Assembly: GCA_020060565.1 (NCBI GenBank)
Contig: JAGVAE010000003.1
Location: forward strand, 86,072-132,504
Reading direction: 5' to 3'
Length of the DNA: 46,433 nt
Origin: Candidatus Woesebacteria bacterium
Lineage (GTDB): Bacteria; Patescibacteriota; Microgenomatia; UBA8517
Below are positions 41,213 to 46,433 of the stretch, piece after piece (the stretch's first letter is position 1; the number at the start of each line of letters is the position of its first letter). A program made the translations under genes and the position numbers. Under the pieces are notes generated by a model. It had not been told where the DNA came from and ran no database searches. It worked only from the letters and a program-made list of their open reading frames with translations.

Positions 41213-41272
41213 TTAAGCATTTCTTCAGAATTGTAGGATTAAGCTTTATCTTAATTAAATCTATTTACTGAT
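41213..41272 (+). repeat. Direct repeat copy 2
   Basis: The sequence is ttaagcatttcttcagaattgtaggattaagctttatcttaattaaatctatttactgat. Confidence 0.9.
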
Positions 41273-41319
41273 AAATCAAAATTATACTGCGGAGAGTTGT
41301 TTCGTTCTAAAGAGTATTT

Positions 41320-41514
41320 TTAACGAAAAAAGAAATATAGACAAACAACTATAACTAGACTAAGTACCACTATTCCATGAACTTCATATTGAGGTGCATG
41401 CCAAAAATGTCCAAATTTTGTAAACCAGCTGTTATATCCGGTTTTAATCTGCGCAATGTCACGTATTATGTGAAGTATAGAAAAAAGAACTATAACCAAA
41501 AGTAGATATTTCAT
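41320..41514 (-). CDS. Small two-TM membrane protein (64 aa)
   Basis: The ATG at 41514 overlaps the uppP TGA stop in an ATGA junction (translational coupling). The ORF-track start at 41529 is 5 codons further upstream. Confidence 0.45.
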   Translation of the reverse strand: MKYLLLVIVLFSILHIIRDIAQIKTGYNSWFTKFGHFWHAPQYEVHGIVVLSLVIVVCLYFFFR

Positions 41515-42281
41515 TTGATAAAAATCCAAAAAAGGATGGCTAGGATTATGCGGTATACCCCAAAGGCTGTAAAATCGTGTTTTTTAACATATCCAATTAA
41601 GAATTTGACTGCTATAAGTGCAAAGAAGAAGGAGAGTACCGTACCAACAAATAGAGCTAAAAATCCTTGCTGGGAAATTATTTCTCGTGACTTGTATATA
41701 TCATAAGCACTTGCTGCAAACATAGTAGGAATTGCCAAAAGAAATGAAAATTCAGTTGCAGCTGACCTATTAAGGCCTGTTAAAAGTCCTCCAACTATTG
41801 TTGCCGCCGCACGGGATACTCCAGGGATTACTGAAAGAGACTGAAAAGTGCCAACAATAAGGGCTTGTTTGTAAGTAGGCACTGTGGACAGTGAACGGTG
41901 AACCGTGAACCTTTTCAAAAAAAACTCAACTCCAATCAGAGCCAAGCCTCCAAAGAATAATGCATTAAGAGTAATAGTAGAACTTCCCAAAAGGACATTC
42001 TTAATAAAAGGGTAAAGGATAAAACCAACTATAGCTGTTGGGATGAAGGCCACCGCCAGTTTTTTCAGCAAATTTGCACTAGTCATCAACTTTTTAAAGT
42101 AGAGAACAACAACTGCTAGGATTGCTCCTAGTTGAATCACTATTTCAAATGTCTTGGTAAAATTTGTAGGTTCTATGTTTAAAAGACGTGAGGCTAAGAT
42201 CAAGTGTCCCGTTGAAGAAATCGGTAAAAATTCAGTTAAGCCTTCAATTAGAGAGAGAATAAAAACATGAATGAAGTTCAT
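41511..42281 (-). CDS. uppP: Undecaprenyl-diphosphate phosphatase (UppP/BacA)
   Basis: Motifs: LIEGLTEFLPISSTGHLIL at the N-terminus and PGVSRAAATI. It is polytopic and 256 aa long. Confidence 0.9.
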   Translation of the reverse strand: MNFIHVFILSLIEGLTEFLPISSTGHLILASRLLNIEPTNFTKTFEIVIQLGAILAVVVLYFKKLMTSANLLKKLAVAFIPTAIVGFILYPFIKNVLLGSSTITLNALFFGGLALIGVEFFLKRFTVHRSLSTVPTYKQALIVGTFQSLSVIPGVSRAAATIVGGLLTGLNRSAATEFSFLLAIPTMFAASAYDIYKSREIISQQGFLALFVGTVLSFFFALIAVKFLIGYVKKHDFTAFGVYRIILAILFWIFIK

Positions 42282-42319
42282 TTATCCAGTATATACGTGT
42301 TATAATTTGCGTTCAACGT

Positions 42320-42390
42320 GGGCTCGTCGTTCAATGGTAGGACATGTGGCTGGCAGTCATAGGATGCGGGTCCGATTCCCGCCGGGTCCA
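42320..42390 (+). tRNA. tRNA-Ala (anticodon GGC), T loop TCCGATT
   Basis: Cloverleaf: GGGCTCG acceptor with the G3:U70 Ala identity pair, TGTGG-CTGGCAG-TCATA anticodon arm (two G:U pairs), GCGGG-TCCGATT-CCCGC T arm (C at position 55). TGTTATAAT lies 13 nt upstream. Confidence 0.78.
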
Positions 42391-42459
42391 CTCTAGTATT
42401 AATTGAGTCTCAGGAGTATAATTACATTATAGGTAGTTAGACTAGCGTCATAGGCTTCT

Positions 42460-42479
42460 AACTCCGCTTAGGCGGAGTT
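42460..42479 (+). terminator. Hairpin AACTCCGC-TTAG-GCGGAGTT followed by TAATTT; possible terminator of the tRNA-Ala transcript
   Basis: It has a perfect 8-bp stem, lies 70 nt after tRNA-Ala and ends 18 nt before the typA start. The U-tract is weak. Confidence 0.4.
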
Positions 42480-42497
42480 TAATTTGCCCTTAAAATT

Positions 42498-44309
42498 ATG
42501 GAAATCAGAAACGTTGCTATTATTGCTCACGTTGACCACGGTAAAACTACCCTGGTTGATGCCCTGTTGCGCCAAAGCCATACCGAAATGGGGAAGGGAG
42601 ACGAGGGACAGGAGGCAATTTTAGATTCAAATGAGCTTGAAAGAGAACGAGGAATTACAATCTTCTCAAAAAACGCTTCAGTTGAATACAAAGGTGTAAA
42701 AATTAACATCATTGATACTCCAGGCCACGCAGATTTTGGGGGAGAGGTAGAACGTGTTCTTTCCATGGCTGATGGAGCACTTCTTTTGGTTGATGCCAAA
42801 GAAGGACCTATGCCTCAAACCAGATTTGTTTTAAGGGAAGCCTTAAAGCTTGGTCTTAAAATTGTTGTTGTTGTAAATAAAATTGATAAAAAGGGAGCCA
42901 GGCCCGACTGGGTACACGGAAAAACCTTTGATTTATTTGTAGAGCTTGGAGCTCGTGAGGAGGAAGCTTTCTTCCCCGTAGTTTTTGCTTCAGGTCGTGA
43001 TGGAGTAGCGGGACTAGAACCCGATATCACCAAAATGACCAATATTTCGCCTATTTTTGAAGCAATACTGGAACACATTCCAGCTCCAGTTGTTAATAGT
43101 GATAAACCACTCCAAATGCTGGTAAGTAACATTGGACGTGATAACTATAAAGGAAGAATTGCTATTGGAAAAATTCACTCAGGACTTATTAAAAACGGAC
43201 AAGATATTGCACACATTGACAGGGATGGAAATATAAATAAATACAAGATTACTTCTCTTTCCACATTTAAAGGACTTGGCAAAATTGAGGCAGATGAAGC
43301 CTTAGCTGGGGACATTGTTGCTATAACTGGAATTTCTGATGTTAATATAGGCGAAACCATTGCAGATCCTTTTAGCCCTGTTGCTCTTCCACTTTTGGAT
43401 ATTGAGGAGCCAACAGTAAAAATGGTTTTTATGGTTAACAACTCTCCATTTGGAGGACACGAGGGTGAATTTAAAACCAGTAGTCAAATCCATGCCAGAC
43501 TTTATAAAGAGCTTGAAACTGATGTTGCATTAAGAGTTGAGGATAACAATGATGGAACTTGGACCGTATTTGGCCGTGGTGAACTTCATTTGGCAATATT
43601 TATCGAACGCATGAGGAGGGAAGGTTATGAGTTCCAGGTAAGTAGACCCCATGTTGTAAACAAAATTGTTGATGGTAAGAAACTTACTCCTTATGAGAAA
43701 GTCTATATTGAAGTACCCGAAGACCATTCAGGAGTAGTAATTCAGAAGATGGGACAGAGGCACGCCATGATGGATAACATGGAAACAACTGAAGGAGTTA
43801 CTTACTTAGAATTTACAATCGCTACAAAAGAACTCATTGGTTTTAGAAGCGAATTTATAACAGACACAAAAGGATTGGGAATAATGAACGCAGCTTTCTT
43901 TGAATTTTTGCCGGATGATGGATTCACCAGAGAAAGGGATAGAGGATCGTTGGTTGCCTATGAAACAGGAGAAACAAGATTATATGGAATGACCCAAGTA
44001 CAGGATCAGGGAGAGTTTTTTGTAGGTCCTGCAGAAAAAGTATACAAAGGCCAAGTTATTGGACAAGCAAGCCGTGCGGGCGACCTAAGAGTTAACGCTT
44101 GTAAAGAAAAGAAATTGAGTAATATGAGAAGTAAAGGAGATGGATCAATGGAGCACTTTAATGTTCCCCATAGAATGGGACTTGAGGAATCTTTGGAATA
44201 TATTGATGATACAGAACTTGTAGAAATTACTCCTAAAAGTGTAAGAATTAGGAAAATGATTTTGGATGAAGTAGAAGCCAGAAAAGCTGCAAAACTCGCC
44301 AAACATTGA
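42498..44309 (+). CDS. typA: Translational GTPase TypA/BipA
   Basis: Motifs: IRNVAIIAHVDHGKTTLVDALL, DTPGHADFGGEVER, NKIDK. The EF-G-like domains and the TypA-specific C-terminus are present (603 aa). Confidence 0.95.
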   Translation: MEIRNVAIIAHVDHGKTTLVDALLRQSHTEMGKGDEGQEAILDSNELERERGITIFSKNASVEYKGVKINIIDTPGHADFGGEVERVLSMADGALLLVDAKEGPMPQTRFVLREALKLGLKIVVVVNKIDKKGARPDWVHGKTFDLFVELGAREEEAFFPVVFASGRDGVAGLEPDITKMTNISPIFEAILEHIPAPVVNSDKPLQMLVSNIGRDNYKGRIAIGKIHSGLIKNGQDIAHIDRDGNINKYKITSLSTFKGLGKIEADEALAGDIVAITGISDVNIGETIADPFSPVALPLLDIEEPTVKMVFMVNNSPFGGHEGEFKTSSQIHARLYKELETDVALRVEDNNDGTWTVFGRGELHLAIFIERMRREGYEFQVSRPHVVNKIVDGKKLTPYEKVYIEVPEDHSGVVIQKMGQRHAMMDNMETTEGVTYLEFTIATKELIGFRSEFITDTKGLGIMNAAFFEFLPDDGFTRERDRGSLVAYETGETRLYGMTQVQDQGEFFVGPAEKVYKGQVIGQASRAGDLRVNACKEKKLSNMRSKGDGSMEHFNVPHRMGLEESLEYIDDTELVEITPKSVRIRKMILDEVEARKAAKLAKH

Positions 44310-44428
44310 CTTTAATCGTAAAAAAAGTTAAATTAAGCTAATGGATAATGGTTAATTAATAATCTTTGGAACGTTTGTATTTAGGATTCACCAACCTAAA
44401 AAGTTTCAAATTTAATTAAAAGAGAAGT

Positions 44429-44465
44429 AATAGAAGTGGAACCACGACTTCATAGTCGTCTTCTT
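44429..44465 (+). promoter_or_regulatory. Weak T-box-like element plus short hairpin in the thrS leader (tentative)
   Basis: AATAGAAGTGGAACCACG resembles the T-box consensus AANNNGGGTGGTACCGCG at 12 of its 15 specified positions. Its 3' part forms the 5' arm of the ACGACT-TCAT-AGTCGT hairpin, which is followed by CTTCTT. ACC codons occur at 44389-44396. Confidence 0.25.
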
Positions 44466-44484
44466 AAAGGGTATTATTAATACT

Positions 44485-46239
44485 ATGAAAGACGACAAAT
44501 TATATTTAGAACACCTCAGGCATTCTTGTGCACATCTTTTGGCTGCTTCCATAATGGAACTTTGGCCAAAGGCTAAACTTACCTTAGGTCCTGCAATTGA
44601 AAACGGCTTTTATTACGACATAGATTTTGGAGGTGTAAAAGTCTCAGAAGATGATTTGCCAAAGATTGAAGAAAAGATGCATGAGTTGGTAAAAGGTTGG
44701 AAATCTTTTGAAAAAATTGAAATGTCAAAAGAGGAAGCACTTAAAAGATTCAATGGTAACGAGTACAAAAAAGAGCTTATTGAAGAGCATTCCAAAGAAG
44801 GTGAAACACTAACAGTATATCAATCTGGTAATTTTAGTGATTTATGTCGTGGGGGACATATAGATAGTCCCGACAAAAATCTTAAATACTTTAAACTTCT
44901 TTCTGTTGCAGGCGCTTATTGGAGGGGAGATGAGAAAAACAAAATGTTAACCCGCATTTATGGAACAGTATTCTCAACACAAGAAGGATTGGATGAATAC
45001 TTAAGAAATCAAGAGCTCGCAAGACAAAGGGATCATAGAAAATTGGGTAAAGAGCTTGATTTATTTACTTTTTCTGATTACGTTGGAGCAGGTCTCCCTC
45101 TATATACAACAAAAGGAGCTCTTGTTCGACGTCTGGTTAATGAATATGTAGAATCTGTTCAATCAAAGGAAGGATACTCTCAGGTGTGGACACCTCAAAT
45201 TGCAAAGGCAGATTTATTTAAAACTTCCGGCCATTACGATCACTATAAAGATAGTATGTTTAGAGTAATTTCTAATTATTCTGAAGAGGAATTCTTTCTT
45301 AAACCTATGAATTGTCCACAACATACCCAAATTTATGCAAGCAAACCTCGAAGTTATAAAGATCTACCAATCAGGATGACCGACTTTGCCATGCTTTACC
45401 GTGATGAAAAACCAGGTGAGCTTTCGGGACTGGCAAGAGTTAGGTCTTTTTCACAAGATGATTGTCACGTATTTTGTCGCGAAGACCAAGTTGATGAAGA
45501 AGCAGACAGAGCACTGTCTATGATTAAGGGCATAATGAGAACTTTTGGTCTTACATATAAATACAGACTTTCAACCCGCGAGGTTGAACACCCTGAAAAG
45601 TATATTGGAGACCCCAAGATTTGGGACAAAACTGAAAAATGGGCAGAAAAGATCATGAAGCGCAATAATATTGAGTACTTTGACGGCCCAGGAGAAGCAG
45701 CTTTTTATGCTCCCAAGATGGATTTGATTGCAAAAGACTCTTTGGGACGTGAATGGCAACTTTCAACAGTTCAGATTGATTATTTCTTACCTGAAAGATT
45801 TAATTTAACCTATATTGATTCTGATGGAAAAGAAAAACGACCAGTTATGCTTCATAGGGCAATAGTAGGTTCACCCGAAAGATTTTTGATGATTCTTATT
45901 GAGCACTTTGGAGGTAACTTCCCAACGTGGCTCACGCCAATCCAGGTTAAAGTTTTACCAATTACTGAGCGCCATATGCCATATGCTATAAGTGTTATGG
46001 AGAAACTCAAGGAAAACAACATCAGAGTAGAACTTGATGACAGAAATGAAAGACTCCAAGCCAAAATCCGCGATGCTCAGATGGAGAAGGTTGCATATAT
46101 GTTAATTGTTGGAGATAAAGAAATTGAAGCCAAAGCTGTAGCAGTCAGGAAAAGAAATGGTGAAGATTTAGGCTCCAAAGACCTCGAAAAATTTATTGCC
46201 AATATTCGTAAAGAAATTGACAATAAAACCATCAATTGA
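44485..46239 (+). CDS. thrS: Threonine--tRNA ligase lacking the N-terminal TGS domain
   Basis: The protein starts directly in the editing (N2) domain (HSCAHLLA). It has class II motifs (FRDE..., RVRSFSQDDCHVF, GSPERF) and an anticodon-binding domain (584 aa). Confidence 0.95.
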   Translation: MKDDKLYLEHLRHSCAHLLAASIMELWPKAKLTLGPAIENGFYYDIDFGGVKVSEDDLPKIEEKMHELVKGWKSFEKIEMSKEEALKRFNGNEYKKELIEEHSKEGETLTVYQSGNFSDLCRGGHIDSPDKNLKYFKLLSVAGAYWRGDEKNKMLTRIYGTVFSTQEGLDEYLRNQELARQRDHRKLGKELDLFTFSDYVGAGLPLYTTKGALVRRLVNEYVESVQSKEGYSQVWTPQIAKADLFKTSGHYDHYKDSMFRVISNYSEEEFFLKPMNCPQHTQIYASKPRSYKDLPIRMTDFAMLYRDEKPGELSGLARVRSFSQDDCHVFCREDQVDEEADRALSMIKGIMRTFGLTYKYRLSTREVEHPEKYIGDPKIWDKTEKWAEKIMKRNNIEYFDGPGEAAFYAPKMDLIAKDSLGREWQLSTVQIDYFLPERFNLTYIDSDGKEKRPVMLHRAIVGSPERFLMILIEHFGGNFPTWLTPIQVKVLPITERHMPYAISVMEKLKENNIRVELDDRNERLQAKIRDAQMEKVAYMLIVGDKEIEAKAVAVRKRNGEDLGSKDLEKFIANIRKEIDNKTIN

Positions 46240-46269
46240 CAAAAATGCTCCACGTGATTTAATGAAAGT

Positions 46270-46433
46270 ATGACAAACAAAAGAACACTTACTCAAGCAG
46301 ATGCGGACTTTCTGCAAAAACAGTTTGGTAGTATTTTTGCAACAAAAAGTGATCTGAAAAGTTTTGCAACAAAAAGTGATCTGAAAAGTTTTGCAACAAA
46401 AAGTGATCTGAAAAGTTTTGCAACAAAAAGTGA
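46270..46433 (+). CDS. Hypothetical protein with 9-aa tandem repeats (FATKSDLKS)n; truncated by the window end
   Basis: The translation is MTNKRTLTQADADFLQKQFGSI followed by FATKSDLKS repeats, in frame with the 27-bp DNA repeat. TGaTTTAAT ends 6 nt before the ATG. Confidence 0.5.
   Translation, partial: MTNKRTLTQADADFLQKQFGSIFATKSDLKSFATKSDLKSFATKSDLKSFATKS
46336..46433 (+). repeat. Perfect 27-bp tandem repeat, 3.6 copies visible, runs off the window
   Basis: The unit is tttgcaacaaaaagtgatctgaaaagt, at 46336, 46363, 46390 and 46417 (partial). The copies are contiguous with no spacers. Confidence 0.95.

Noticed and set aside
46336-46433. The 27-bp repeats as a possible CRISPR array
   Set aside because: The repeats are contiguous with no spacers. 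They are in frame with an upstream ATG and encode a regular 9-aa repeat. No cas genes are nearby.

Overview
The window is a low-GC bacterial chromosomal segment that uses the standard genetic code: TGA, TAA and TAG all act as stops, including at ATGA-coupled gene junctions. It looks like a reduced-genome Patescibacteria/CPR-type organism. The supporting signs are compact genes, several housekeeping proteins missing accessory domains, an archaeal/eukaryotic-type DRG GTPase, and small nuclease genes parked beside tRNA genes.

The recognisable backbone includes:
- uvrB (partial), uvrA and uvrC within 8.6 kb
- secG, obg, pyrG, typA and thrS
- a trigger factor lacking its PPIase domain, and uppP
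- a Y-family DNA polymerase and a Ham1/RdgB NTP pyrophosphatase
- a GreA-like factor and an RRM RNA-binding protein
- 15 tRNA genes that I folded by hand

The most interesting region is 21.28-27.16 kb. It holds six translationally coupled genes: a P-loop kinase, a U32-family protein, a DAHP-synthase I-beta homologue, a HisC/CobD-like aminotransferase, a beta-RFAP-synthase-like GHMP-fold protein and a SAM methyltransferase. They are transcribed divergently from a gene that fuses a nucleoside 2-deoxyribosyltransferase-like domain to a ribbon-helix-helix domain. A perfect 7-7-7 palindrome sits between two apparently leaderless promoters. I cannot map this gene set onto any pathway I know.

Other notable items:
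- a canonical promoter, a structured ~85-nt RNA and a strong terminator upstream of a cell-wall hydrolase-like gene
- a 403-aa orphan gene bracketed by ~60-bp direct repeats next to tRNA-Val
- an orphan cassette between uvrB and uvrA in which one reading frame is broken by a single TAA
- GIY-YIG, HNH and LAGLIDADG-like genes each abutting tRNA genes
- a tRNA-Leu whose anticodon reads AAG

Everything rests on reading the sequence and translations by eye and on motif recall. No database search, covariance model or statistics program was run.
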